DNA of 64,000 nt from a bacterium UBP16_UBA6123 (GTDB taxonomy: Bacteria > Muiribacteriota > UBA9980): positions 8,781 to 72,780 of the forward strand of contig DIVV01000217.1 of NCBI GenBank assembly GCA_002423385.1. The letters are read 5' to 3'. Both the position numbers and the translations under genes were made by a program. The notes beneath the pieces were generated by a model, which saw only the letters and a list, made by a program, of their open reading frames with translations, was not told where the DNA came from and made no database searches. Positions 15,001 through 30,000 of this stretch are shown here, in pieces (position 1 is the stretch's first letter; each line of letters begins with the position of its first letter).

Positions 15001-18000
15001 GACGTCGAATGAAAATAAATATATGACCAATATACCGTTTCCTGTATATAACAATGACCTGTACAGCAATATACAATTTGTAGATGCGACCATGGAGGTT
15101 ACCGGTTGCGTTTACCGTCAGATATCCAACCGGCCAGATTTTAAAGATGTTTTGTGGTTGAAAATGAAAACTTCCGAGTCGAATCCTATCAGTATATGGG
15201 AATTTTCGACAAATACGGTCGGCCTGTTCAATTACGATATCACTTATGATGGTTACTCTACTCCTTACCTTAACAGTGTAGGTAATAAAGAACCTGATAT
15301 TTACGATGGTAAAAAAGTGGTTTATGCCCGTTATAAAAACGGCGCCGGCTTGATTTTAGGCCCTGTTACAGATGAAATAATTCTCGACAGGACCATGCCG
15401 GCAACTTCACTGCAGGGCGTTACAATTAACGATGATGAAAAACTTGGCGTCAACGGCGGTGAAATCGTTCTTCAACTTACCGCGCTCCATGATTTCGAAG
15501 ACGGTACTTCTTCGGTTACCTCGAGAATGGGAACCGTCGAAACCGCCGTAATAGTGAGTGAGAAATATAACGCAACTTACGTTAATGAATTTAATTATCC
15601 TGACGCGAGTTTAAGGTTGAGATACCACTCCCAGGACACCGGTGAAATAGAATCCGGTTCATATACATCACCGGTATATCTTATTGGAACTCACATCAAG
15701 CAGTCGCCGCTCGGACGTATCAGGTGGACACAGGTATCTGACACCGATAATTCGGTTGAAATATGGCTGCGCGCTATTCCTGATAAAGGCGACGGCACTC
15801 CAGACTTTGCTAATGCCGGCGACTGGAATAATGGAGGCGCCGCTCACAGCAAGGTTGGAATCGGTACTACCGAAGTAGTTGCATGGCAGGATATGGTTAT
15901 CGAAGGTAATACCGTGTCGGCGTTTGATTATCAGTTTATTCAATTCAGAATCAAGTTAACGACAAAACTGCCGACTGGCATATATCCTAAAATAGACCAG
16001 ATCGAGTTTGAATTTAAGCGTAAATCTGAAATGACTTCTTTTGATCCGATAAACGATTCTGAAGGCAGCTCGGGTTATTTTGAAAATCCAGTAGTGGTGA
16101 ATATAGCTAAAAATAACGAACTCGATAAAATAATGTACCGCTGGTCTTATTCCGCATCTCCAGGCGCGGTCGGCGCATTTACGGAGCTCATTCCGACGGC
16201 TCTGCTTAACGTTGAAAAGCCGAAGTACATACTTGAAGTTAATCAGGACCGGCCTTCGTTCCTGCAATGGTTCAGTGTTTCTAATACGGGTGATACTGAA
16301 GCGGTTACCCATTCAAAACTGTTTAAATTTTCGCTTAAAGGCACTAAAGATTCATGGGTTAAAATACTTGATAACGCCGCGCCTTTCGATGATGGTATCA
16401 TAATGGGCCCGAACGTTAAGCTGAGACTTAATCCTGCCGTTCCCGGTGATCCTTCGCTGCCGGGTAAAATTAAAATATCCACTAACCCCGAAATGACGCC
16501 TTTATTAGCAGAACTCGAATATACGGTGAGCCCGTCGCCTGTCGAGGAACCTATTACGCTTAAAGCCCCCGATGGCCTTTCACCCGCGCTCGAAGGGCGA
16601 GTTACCGTTTACGCGCAGTTTGAAAGTTCGTTCGGTGAGACTACCGAGATTGTATCGCATTCGATTATGCTCGATCTTAACAGCCCTAATGCCATTCATA
16701 ATCCTAACGCCAATCTTTACAAAATTGGTGATTCCGAATATGCCGATTATTCGAAAGGCAAGTTTACCAATGTTACTTATGCCGATATTAACGGCGATTC
16801 ATTTGAAGTGAAGCTCGGTTATAAAAACGATCTGGTGCTTGATAAATTTGATGCATTAGCGGCTAACTGGGATACGCCTCAGGGCGTTGCGGCCGATTCA
16901 GACTCGGTTTTCGTCGCCGATAGCGTTAAGCAGAAACTTTATAAATTAAGCACGCAAACTCTTGCCGTTCAATCGTCGAAAACGGGGTTAGGCTCTCCGT
17001 GCGGCGTTGAAGTTGACGGCGATCATGTTTATGTTTCTGATAAGATCAGGCATATCGTTTATAAATACCGTAAATCCGATTTTACGAAAGTCGGTTCTTT
17101 CGGCGTTGAATATAATGCGGGTTCTCTGGAAAATATGCTCAAGGCTCCCGAAGATATAGCTATAGATCCGTCCCGTAACTACCTTTATATAAACGATGCC
17201 GGCAATAAACGCATAGTTAAAGTCAGTCTCGAAGGCTTAAGTTACGTAGCCGATAAACCTTATACATTTTTTGAAAAAATGGATTTAGTATCGGGTATAG
17301 CAGCGGATGACGAAGCTATTATTCTGTCTAACCCGGGCGGACATATAATTGGTAAATACGATTCTAATTTCGCTTCCGGCACCGCTCAGAGTCTGTTCGG
17401 TGAATATAATTCCGCGGATGACGACGACGCCCATCTTAACACGCCGCTGCAGTTAGGTCAGGACGCCGGCTATATTTACGCTGCCGACAGCATGAACAAC
17501 AGAATAGTCAAAATGTCTTATAATCTTAAGTATATATCCAGTTACGGCTCCGCTTCAATACCTTATCTGAACAATCCGGTTGCCGTTTCTGGATGTAACG
17601 ATAGAATTTTCGTGTCGGATTTGAACAATAAAAGATTGGTTTCTTTAATTAAAGTGCTCGATGAATATGAATTGAAAGCTACGCTTGGCGCTTCTGATGG
17701 AAGTTTTTCGCCTCCCGGCCAGAATAAGCAGGACGTTCCTTTCAGGCTTTATGAACCGGCTATGATTACCTCCGATACGGTTTACAGTTATGTGGCCGAT
17801 ACTAAAAATCATAGAATATTGAAGGTTAATAATGAAACAATGCTTGTAGAGCGTCAATATGGCGTTACTGGTGTTTTGGGCGCGGACACGGCTCATTTGA
17901 GTAATCCGAATGCCGCATGTCCTGATTTTACTGATAAAACCGCCGGTTATATTTTCGTTTCAGATACAGGTAATAAGAGAGTTATTAAACTTAAAAATAA

Positions 18001-21000
18001 TTTCGGCAGTTTCGCCTATCTGACTGATTCTTTATCAACGGGCACGCCGGTTTCAGTAGATTTTGCGGGCGGGCTGTGCGTCGATAACAGCGCGGTTCCC
18101 GCTGAGCTTTATGTGGCCAATAAAACGAATATAATTGTATTCAATGCGTCAACGATGTTAAAAATCGATGAAATAACCGCTCTGGATGGAGCTTTTGTTA
18201 ATGTTACCGACGTCAAGTATGCCGGCGGTTATTTTTACGTTGTTGATAACGGCCGTCATCAGATTTATAAAGTGCAGAAATTGCGGCCCGTGTCGGCTGA
18301 AATCGTTAAGTATAATTCATTGACGACCGCTTCGGCATTTGCTAAGGGGTTGAATTCTCCTTATTCAGTCGCAATTTCTCCGGATTATAAAGACGTTTTT
18401 ATTACCGATAGGCAAAATTATAGAGTGCTTCACCTCGACTCGTCGTTTAATTATAAATCGAATCTGGGTTATAACGGTATCGAGGGAATCGGAACGGTAA
18501 GCGTTACCCTTAATAAGCCGATGGGCGTTACCTGTATAAAAACGCCTGCCAGCAAGTATATACTTGTTACCGATACTCTAAATAACAGGCTCATTAAAGT
18601 TAAATACGATACTTATTCATATTCGCCTTACGGCGAGTTTGCCTCGCGCGTAATAAGCCTTGGTAATTACGTCGTGCCTCTTGCAGATGGAGTCGGGGGC
18701 GCCGGCATTAAAGTTGAAACTAAATATTTGCATTACGATCCCGTTTCCACTCAGGGCGTTGAATTATGGGTAAGAACCGCTCCGGACCGCGGTGATGGAA
18801 ATTATGACGGACGTTATTGGTCGAAGTGGGAAAAATTCCTGCTGCCTAATATTACCGACGTAAGCGTCAATAATTCTTTTATTAACAGGCGCGCGTTGAG
18901 CGATACGCAATTCGTTCAGTATAAATTGATTTTATCTACTCAGGACCTCCGCCAGACGCCGAGTGTCCGCACTACAATGTTTACCTATAAGCGCGGCTGC
19001 GATGGCGACCTTGTGACACCGAGCCCGCACACGGGGTATTATCTCACTCCGCTTTATGGTACCCTGGACCATTTCAATATAGTTTATGAAGATGAAAATA
19101 TATTGAGCATCAACTATGATCAGGGCAACGTTCATTATAAGTGGAATGCCGGCGCTGAACAGGTTATTAACGAATTAGTTTACGCGGTAGCCGAAGGCGT
19201 TAACACGCTTACATATTACGCTAAAGATATCGTGGGCAAAGTGTCGCCGACTGCGAGTATAACTTATTCTATCGATACCGTACCGCCGGTTAACCCCGCG
19301 GTACGCGTTACTGAAACCGCGCCGATCAGTACCAACAGTGTTAATCTCGATTTGACCGGTGTTATGGATACTAATGCCACTCCTCAACTTCAGATGATAG
19401 TATCTGAATTTGCCGATTTTAATAACACTACATGGGAAAGCTATTTAACAAGCAAGAACTATATTTTCACCGGCACTCTCGAAACCGGTATTAAGCGCAT
19501 TTACGCGCAATTTAAAGATAATGCCGGCCAGAAAACCCTTAAAGTATGGGACACCGTGCGACAGAAGAAAGCTAGCGAAGCTCCAGTCGCCCGTATTAAA
19601 TCTTACGAGCATGGCGGCAAGTATGATTTTGAACGTGGTTCTCTCAACGGAACGCAGGTTGACCGTTACGGTCATGTGAGTCTGGCTAATGATACTTTCG
19701 GTTTTGTGTCTTCGCTCAGCGATCCGAATTTGAGTAAACCTATGGGAGTCGCGGCTTATTATAATAAAACCTTGAAATTGTTCGAAATATTCGTAGTTAA
19801 CTCGCAAAATCATACGATTAATAAGTTTGTTTCGAGCGATGACACTCCTAATATAATAGAATTTGTAGCATCGTATGGTGAAACCGGTGTCGCCGGCTCC
19901 GATGAAGTTCATTTTAACACACCGACCGGCGTGGCTTATGACGGCACATACGTTTACGTCGCCGATTCGCTTAATCACAGAATCGTTAAGCTCTATAATC
20001 AGTCGGTGCCGCTTAATAAAATGAGTTATATGTGCCAGTTCGGCAATCCCGCATCGCCTGGTACGGGAACTTCAAATCTTAATACGCCGTTCGATGTCGC
20101 CTGGGCCAATGGTTATCTGTATATTTCCGATTCCGGAAATAAGCGTATCGTAAAATTAATATCTAACAACATGAAATACATTGCGGCTTTGAATACCGAA
20201 GTTAATCTGCGCGGCCTTACTTCTGACGGTTTTTACTTATACTACATAGCAGACAAGGATGTAACACGCGTTAAAATTGATTTTGGCGGCTCTCCTCTTA
20301 AATATAGCGTGGTTAACGCAGGTGCGCTGGTTGATCCTTATTTCGTTCAATCTGATGGGTTGAACCTTTATATAGGCGATTCCGGGGCTAAAAAAGTAAA
20401 AATGACCGCGCTCGATTTTAAAATTAAGAGCGAATACGACCAGCTTGTGAGTATTGGCGGAATAGCTTCAGTTCAGGGTTTATCCACGGTTTATTTATTT
20501 ATAGCTGAAAGTTCGACTAATAAGTTATACAAGTTGAATTCCGTTGACACATTCTACAAGAGTTCAGGCATTTATATTTCGGAACCGTTAGATATCGGTT
20601 CTCATGTCACTAAAATAGATAAGGTTTATTATACGGTTGAAGGCAGTTCTAAAACCAGCGCCAAGTTCGAAATGAGGGTTTATCCCGACAAAATAGATTC
20701 ATTGGGAGAACATAGCGCTGATTTAAGCTATTACGAAGGCGAAAACGGATGGACGGTTCTCGATGAAACCGGAAGCGAATTCCCGCCGTCCGGTTTCCCG
20801 ACGCAGCCTAACTCGATGACTAATTTTGCGGGCCAGTACCGTTATTTTGTACAGTACAGGGCTACTTTAAGTACTATAGATAAACAGGTCACTCCTATAT
20901 TGAAGAATTTCAGGGTGGAATTTTTGAAACGCGGCGACGGCCTTTCGTCTAATTTACTTTCGCTTCCCGGTATTTCAATCTATGCTGATAACTCTAACGA

Positions 21001-24000
21001 CTGGCCTGGCTGGTATGTAACTCCGCCGTCTTTTTCAGTGTCCGCGGCTGAATGGGACCTGTTTAAAATTAAATTGACTAATAGCGCCAATATGGCCGGT
21101 ACCGAATACAGCTTTACCGCCGGCGCTAAAATTCCTGTAATCACTACGGTTGCGCCGACGACGGCCGGACTCGGAAATTTTATATTCACCGAAGGCACTA
21201 ACAGCGTTACCACCTGGTCAAAAGATATTTCCGGTAATGCTTCTTTTGGCGAAACCATTGAGATTTATTATGATAAAACGCCTCCCGGCAAGCCTGAAAT
21301 CATACTTGTCAGCACGGCAATAGATGATTCTGAAAATCAGACTTATTACGTTAAAACTTCAAAAATAAGTTTTGATATAAAAGTCGAATCGTCAGACGGC
21401 CGTCCAAGGCGCACAGTATTTTCCAAAAATGTATCCGAGCTTACCGTGCCGCCCTCAGATTCGACAAAATGGTTTGAAATGACGGATAAAACCGTTGCGG
21501 GTCACCTCATACATAAAGTGATTGACTATAATCTGAGTGAAGGGTTGAACATAATATATACCAAGTGCAGCGATCAGGCTGGCAATATTTCTAACGTCAG
21601 CTATATTAAAGTTCACCTGGATACCACTAAGCCGAAATCTTATAACGACAGGGTAATTCACGCTTCTAAAGAAGCGTTCGAGTTGAGCGGCCGTGAGTTG
21701 GATGGCGTATTGATAATAAACGACGGGCTTATGATGTCAAAATGGCTTTACAATAAACATTTTGATTTCTCGCCAGCCCTGCCGAATTTCGTTTCTTCCG
21801 ACAGTAAATACGTTTATACCTGCGATACTTCGATTACCGGCCCCCGAATAGGCGTTATGGGCAAATTTTTAGACGGCATCAAGGCCACTAAAAATAAATT
21901 CATATTGGGTACTACCGAGATTCTTCTGAAAGCCCCGGTGGCGGTAATTCCTTTTAATGATAAGCTATTCGTGCTCGATAAGGATTTACATATTTTATTC
22001 AGGGTAGCCTTAGATAAACACACTAACGATCCCGCTAAAATAATTGGAAATACAATGGAAGTAGTATTCGGAACCGTTAATACGCCTTCTACATCGCCGC
22101 GAGGCCTGAATAGTCCTCAGGGATTGTCTATTTTCGGTACCGAAGAGATATATGTCGCCGATACTCTTAATAACAGGGTATTTAAAACCAATGTAAATTT
22201 GACCAGTATAACGGCCCAGTACGGATCGGTTTTTGCCAGCTCCATTAAATCGCCTGTTTCGGTAACCGTTGATCAGTCAAATGTATTTTTAGCCGAAAAA
22301 GGTTTAAGCGGTCAGAACCGCGTTATACAGTTGGATAAAAACTTAAACGAAATACAGTCGTTTGTCGATTCGGCTTCCGGCGTTTTAATGGACGATATAA
22401 AAGCGATAACCTCCGACGGCAGCTATCTTTACGTGTCTCATAAAAATGGCGCCGAGCACAGAATCTCGAAATTTATAATCAATCCGGTTATAAGTTATTT
22501 AACCTATGTTAAAGAATTTACGATAGGCGGCGTGGCAAGCACTTTCAATGACGTACGGGGAGTTTTTGCCGACGGCGAAGATATTTATCTGGCTGATACG
22601 GGCAATAAGCGAATAATTAAAACTTCGTCTATTTCGTGGAAATATAAATCACAATTCGGCGTTACGGGCGTTCCGGGAAATGACGCGTTTCACCTCAACA
22701 GGCCCACCGCGCTCTGCTCGGACGCTTCACATCTATATGCGCTTAATTACCATCCGACTTATAATGGCATAGTTTATAAGATCAGAAGCAGTTTTATCCG
22801 TGATACTGAAAACAGATATATATTCCTTGAAACACCCACCGGCGTAGCCGCTACCAAGGATTTCGTATATCTTGTCAACCCCGGCGCCGGCGATGATAAA
22901 AAAGTATTGCTGATATGGGGAAAAGATATGCAGACAAGATATCCTTATGATAACTCGGTCGTATCGCCTCCTTTGATTTATCCTATCGATATATGTTCGT
23001 ATTTCGACGGATCGAAGTATTTCGTATATATCGCCGATTATCAGTCGCAAAAGGTATATAAATACGAAGAAAAATTAGGACAGTTATTGAGAGTCGGCGA
23101 ATCGGCGACGGGTAAACTTATAAGGCCTATAGCTTTGAGCGTCGATGCAAGCGGCGTGTACGTTCTTCAGGGAGACAGTACTGTAGTTAAATTAACTCCT
23201 GATATGCAAAATGTCGCTACAAGCTACGGCCGCGAAATCAGATTCGGTATCACCGGCGTTTCCGGCGTGGACGATTTCCATTTAGATCCGTCTCCTAAGT
23301 TAGATCTTACAGGTGTTACGGTATATTCAAAAATAGTGTCTACCGGCAACCGTGTTTATGTGACGGATACCAATAATCACAGGGTAATGAAATTTGATAC
23401 TTTCCTTAATTATAAGGGAGAATTTGGTGAAAGAGGAGTTCCGGGCACCGGCGATAATAATTTTAATAAGCCTTCCGGTATTACGATTTTCGCCGGCGAT
23501 ATATACGTTAACGACAGCGGTAATCAGCGTTTGGTTAAAACCGGAAACGATGCGGGCGTTTATACCTCCGCATGGGTTAATATAGGATCGCACGTTAATA
23601 AGATGAATAAAATGAATTACAGCGGAAATATTCCGTCCGGTTCAGGGCTTAATATAGAAGTGCGATTCGCTTATCAAAAAGAAGGCGTTCCATTCATGCC
23701 GGATGTGACTGAATGGGAAGCGCTTTCCCAGATGGCCGATGCTCCGGTGCAGACGCCGGTTAATCATCCTTCGCCGGAAATTAACCAGTATTTGCAATAT
23801 AGAGTTTCATTCTTGACTGATTCATCGGCGAGCGTTCCGCGGCTCAATAATATCGAGTTTTCTTATGTGAAAACGGCCGATGGCGAACAGGACCCCGATC
23901 TCACGGTGGCTTCCGGCCTGGGTTATTTCAAGAAATTCCCGGAAATATCTCTTGCCATGAATGAAAAAGGCGGTCTGTTCTACCAATGGTACAGGTACAA

Positions 24001-27000
24001 TGAAGTTACCAATTCTGAAGATGCGGTAGATCCTACCGTGCCGAATACTTATAATTTATTCGGAATTAACAGTGTTTTACCGATACCGCTTGTTGGCGGC
24101 GAGCGTAAAGACGGGCTTTACATAATGAGATATTACTCCCGTGATTATGTGGGTAATACTGAGTCAACCAATTCTTATCAATATCGTATAGATACTACCC
24201 CGCCGAAGATATTAGAAGGCAAGGCCGTCGCTAACGGTATAGCCGGTTACTCGTTTAATAAAAAAGAAGGCGCCGTAGATATTTATGTGAGACTCGATAA
24301 TAATACCGATAAACTTCCCGATTTCAAGAATGGCGTAATTACCGGTAAAGTCCGTATCATATCAAATTCGACGTCTTATGATTCAAATGCCGATTTTACG
24401 GCAGGCAGTAATTTTATTTTAACTTACTATGAAGGCGCTAACGTTCCTGTCGGACAGGTATGGTTCACCGCCCGCTGGAAGATCAATCCTAACGACTACG
24501 TTCAGGAAGGCTCCGACTTTCAGGTTTACGTTTCGGTTAAAGATCCCGCCGGTAACGAAGATGAAAACTTCGCTTATGGCTACGCTAACTCGAAACCAGC
24601 CCTTACGCTTCAAATTTATGGCGGCGCGCCTAATACGCGCAACCAGCAGATCGTTCATGTAAGTCGTCAGGATTTCGCTAAAGGCACGCTTAAAGAGGTC
24701 AGCGTAGAGCGCAGTGGAACGAAAGGTCTTGTAAGGCTTCGTACAAACGCCGATTGGGGCGGTCTTGCTCAGGGCACCGGAACGCCTGCGTTCAGCAGGC
24801 CTTACGCTATTGCATCTGACGGCAATTACGTTTATCTGTCGGATATTAATACAAACTATCTTTACAGGCTTACCTCGAGCATGACGGTTTTATCGACTCT
24901 TACAAGTGTTGTATCCGGCGCGCAGGGTATCGCCTGTGATGGTCAATTTGTTTATGTAGCCGATACCGGTAATAACAGGATATTAAAATTGGATTCAGCA
25001 TTATCCAAAATTTATGCGGAATGTTTATACACCGGCGTGCCCGATGGTATCGACGGTCCTGTTTCTATCGCGGTTGACAGCCAGAGGGTTTATTTTACCG
25101 ATATGAAAAAACGTATCGTAGTATTGAATAAATCACTCGGTTATGTGACGGAATCTCCCGTTATAATCGGAGGGCATACGCTTTCCGATAGGCTTAGAAT
25201 TTGCACCGACGGCAGTAATGTTTACTTACTGGATCGCGCGGCTTCGAAGATATTGCATTTATCTTCCCAGCTTACTTATAAGTCTTCTTACGGCAGCGTC
25301 GGAACCGGTCAGGACCAGTTTACGGACGCGCGTGATATATCGACCGACAGCAGTTACTTTTATGTTACTGATAATGGTAATAACCGTGTTATAAGATTGA
25401 ATATAGAAGAAGACGGCAGTCTTTCCTTTAAAGAACAATTTATGGGTACGGGCAAAGTAGATCCAGGAAAATTAATTACTACGGTTTTATCGGAAATTAA
25501 CGGTGTCGCTACCGATGGATATTATACATATGTGTGCGAAACCGGTAAAAACCGGATAATAATGACGGGCGACGTAGCTAAAAAAACCGAATGGAACGAG
25601 CTCGCGCAGTTCGGCGTTACTAATGTTTCAGGTAATGACAATACCCATTTGAAGACTCCTAACGGTATTTCATTTTCAGGCATTTATTTTTATGTAGCCG
25701 ATACCGGCAACGACCGTGTTGTAATGCTCGATCAGGAATTAGGTTACTACAAGAGTTCGCCGGCTGCTTTATACAGCTCGCCTAAAGATTTATATTACAA
25801 CGAACAGGGTCTTTACGTGCTCGATGCCAACGGAATAAGCGTTTCAACCGATGAAGTCCAGACAAAAGCGATTACACGCGCATTGGCGGGGCTTAAAGGC
25901 ATTTGCGGTTACGACAGTATTAATTTGCTTGTTACTTCCGGTAATGATATCATATGGCTTAACGGCATTACTCTCGCTAATATTAAAAATTCTATGAGTT
26001 ATTCAGGCATACCGGCTCCCGCGGCGCTTAACAATCCGACCGGTTTAGTGACTAACGGCGTTGATGTTTACGTTTGTGATACCGGTAATAACCGTATAGT
26101 CAAATTTAAAATCGATAAGTCGATACCGGGTGATCATAAGTTGATTTATCAGGGCCATTATTCACAGGATGTTTCGGGGCCTTTATACATTTCGCTCAGT
26201 CCTGATTTTATATACTTTACCAATGGCGGTTCGTTTAAAAATATAGTTAAACTCGATTTAAACCTTAATTTTATCGCTAAATATCCGGGAACCGGAACAA
26301 TGAACACTCCTACAGGCATAACGGCTTTCGGCCAGTATTGTCTGGTATCGGAAAATCTCGGACATAGAGTGGTAAAAAGCGGTATATCAAAATTCGCGGG
26401 CGAAGTGGCCGTGGAAAATTCTTCGGATGATTCGAACGTCGGTCATTCAAACCACTCTCTTGCCTTAATTACAAGCGAATCAGACGCGACGAGCCTTCCT
26501 TTAGTTATGTATGAAAAGAACGGCGTCATTTACCATAGACTTTCAAAAGACGAGGACGGCAATGTGTTTGATGGGCAGGTGGCCGATTTTAACGGCACGC
26601 AGTTCGCCCTGGCTTCTAAAGCTAATAACGCTTACGTAGCTTATGTGGATGGCGGTCAGATAAAATTTTCGACTACGGCCAACGGTAAAACTTTCACATC
26701 GCCGAATTTGGTGAGCGGAGCCTATTTGGGCTGTTCCAATCCATCTATAACAGTAGATAAAGATAACTTTATATACATAGCCTGGGAAAGCGGCGGTAAA
26801 ATTAATTATAACCGTTCGACGCTCGCCGTCGTTAATACCAATAACGCTTTAAATCCGTCTTTATTTGCGGGAACCAATATAAAACAGTTTGAATCATCCG
26901 CGGACGGTATCTTCAGTCAGGTGTCGCTTACCGCCTCGCGTGAAACCAGCGCGATTCACGCCGTCTGGATCGTCACCAAGGACGGATTCAGCACGGTTAA

Positions 27001-30000
27001 GTACGGCCGCGGCGATACATTTTCTACCATAAAAGACGTTAAAACTTTTGAAAGCGGCGCCAGCGACAGCGTCAGTGGTCCAAAAGTGGCGGCCGGCGCT
27101 GCTAATCAGCTTTATATAGTCTGGACTGGCCTGGATATGCAGACCGATATTAAGTACGTCGCTTCAATTGATGCGGGCGTTAATTTTGAAAACGTTAAAA
27201 CAATTAACACCACTAAAAACGGTTATCAAAAAAATCCTTCGATTACAATCGGTCTTGACGAATTCGGTAAAGACGTCGCTATGGTTGTATGGGAATCGAC
27301 TTCTAACCTGACTTTTTACGATGAAGATATTTATTTTACTAAATCTTCATCAGGCATATTTGAAGCTAATACGAGGATCAATACGAAAGTTCAGAGCCGC
27401 GCACAAACTAAGCCGTCTGTTTATTCGACGCCTGACGGTTTGATCGTTTTTGCTTCCTGGCTCGATTCTTCAAAAAGCGATTCGGACCACGATGTTTATT
27501 GCGCAAGATTTACGGATGTTTCAATTTATCAGTTGAAGGGTGTTTACACGTCTCAGATAATCAATCTTGGAACTCACGTTAAAGATTTCGATAAAATATC
27601 ATGGGTTGACGATTCGCAGTCTAAAAAATCAACTAAAATATATTTGAATACGAGATTGTGCCCTGATGACGGTTATGGCAATCCAGACACCGGTTCCTGG
27701 TCGAAATGGTCTTCGAATTATAAGAATTCCAACGTAGATATTCAGAAGGACGAAGAATACAGCGGAATGTCGCCGAATCTTTTCGAAAACCAGTATATAC
27801 AGTATAAGGCGACTATTACAACCAGAAATAAAACTATTACGCCAAACCTTTATAAGGTTATAGTCAATTTTGTGCGCTCGGGCGATAGTCCTGAAAGTTT
27901 TAAAGCATCGGGCGATATTAAATTTCCTTTAACGCACGGCGGTATTATAAATACTAACTGGTTAAATGATTACAAAGGCCCGATCAACGGCTGGTATATC
28001 AATCCGCCGCGTATGACGATGACGGCCGATAAAGAGGCTATCACTTATTACGACTGGAAAAAACTGCCGGCTTCAGATGTAATCGTTCAAACCGGAGCGC
28101 ATCTGGCTTATGCTCCTTTTGTAATTCCTTATGTTAATCCTACCACTCAATCTACTCCGCCGGTAATAGTTGCCGGTAAGTCGGTCAGACCGGTTAAGGC
28201 TGAAGGTAAACTTACTTTATATGAGTATAGTATCGACTATTACGGCAATGCCGAATATGAAAAAACTAAAGAAGTATATTTGGATACTATTCCGCCTACG
28301 AATCCTGAATTTGGCGTTACTACCAAAGGATATGTCGTTAACTCTAAGAAAGCATCCATTACGATAGATCTTTCAGGCGACACGAGCTTTGGAGAGGATG
28401 ACGCCGGCGGATATGACGTTTTCGATATCGATTCATCTAAAGATAATTCAGTTTTCGCTTTCAGCGGAACTAACGAAGCGTTTTTCGTGGGCACTAACTC
28501 CGTCGGAATAACCAATGCCACCATCGAAATCGGTACCGGTATAAATTCCGGTTTCGTAAGGTTTAAAGGCACATCGACTTCAGGAATAGATAGAATATCC
28601 ATGAGTAAGGTCCTTAATCCTCCGATTAACACGAGTTATTACAAAAATATATTCATAAGGCTTCGCGGCGACAGATCCGATTTAGCGAACCCCTCTTCAT
28701 TGCCGATCGGCGATTATAGAGTGCTCGTTCAATCCGACAGCGGAAGAATTTACAGAACTATTCCGTTCAGAAATTCCGTTCAGCTAAAACCTGTCAATGC
28801 GACTGAGGAAGTCGTAATGATGAAACTTCCAGTTAACGAAAGAATCAGTATGGTATCTATTGAGCTTCAGGATATTACGAGCGAAGTCGGTACGGCGAAT
28901 AAAAATATGGCTGTATGGGTTGACTGGATAGCCTTTACGGCGGCAGCTCTCAACACGCCTTCGCCGACGCTCGATCTTTCGGGAACAAATAAAACATTTA
29001 CGCTTTCCAATATTTCGGATAATACGACGCATGAAATAATACTTGTCAGATACGACGCACGCGGTAATTACGGTATCGGTTCTAAAACGGTCGTAACGCC
29101 CGACAGAACTGAACCGCCGCCGCCGGTAGTAGATCTTTACATGAGCGATGGCGGTCTTAACTCCGGCGATAGCATCGAAGTTGTCTGCCAGTGGAAAGGC
29201 GTTAAAGACGGACATTCGAAATCTTACAGGTATAACGTGGATGTCTCCATTACCGATGCGGCCAATAAAGAGGACTGGAAGCGACTGAGCATAGTTCCTT
29301 ATGAATTCGGCAATAAATGTTCGGTTACCGAAAGCGTCTTGATTAGAAACGAAGCTAAAAATATTTACGGTATGCTGGATACGGTTATCAATAAAATATA
29401 TGACACGGATTACTACGGATTGAAAAAACTTTATATATTTTATCCAGAAACCAGTGCCGATGCTGCTAAATGGACTGATAAATGGAGGTACGTATCCAAG
29501 GGAAGTTATCTGGGTGAATATTTTAAAACGCGCGGTTTTGTTCAAATCAACAGTTATGCGGATCTTGCCGCTACAATGAATGCTTCAGTACTTGCTAATG
29601 ATTGCGTGGATACTATAATAATGCTTCCGTTCGGTACTGTTCCGTTTAATATAGTAGACCCCGCGGTCGGCTATGAAAATACACCGCTTAAAAAATATCT
29701 TAAAAAAGGCGGCACTATAACATGGCTTGGCGATTTCCCGTTAGAATGGACCTATAATAACTTAGCCGATTATAAGTCTAACTCAGATCCGCAGAATGTA
29801 AATATAAATCCTATTTTCAGTAATATATTGAATATGACCTCTCAGCGTGTTCTTTCAGGGCCTACATTCTCGGATTATATGCCGCGTCTCGGAGTTACTC
29901 TTCAGCCTGAAATAACCGATAACGGCGTGCGTATGCTCGATATTCGCGCCGCTTACACTTCGGATGCGCTCAGGGCATATTCATGGCTTGCCACTTACGA

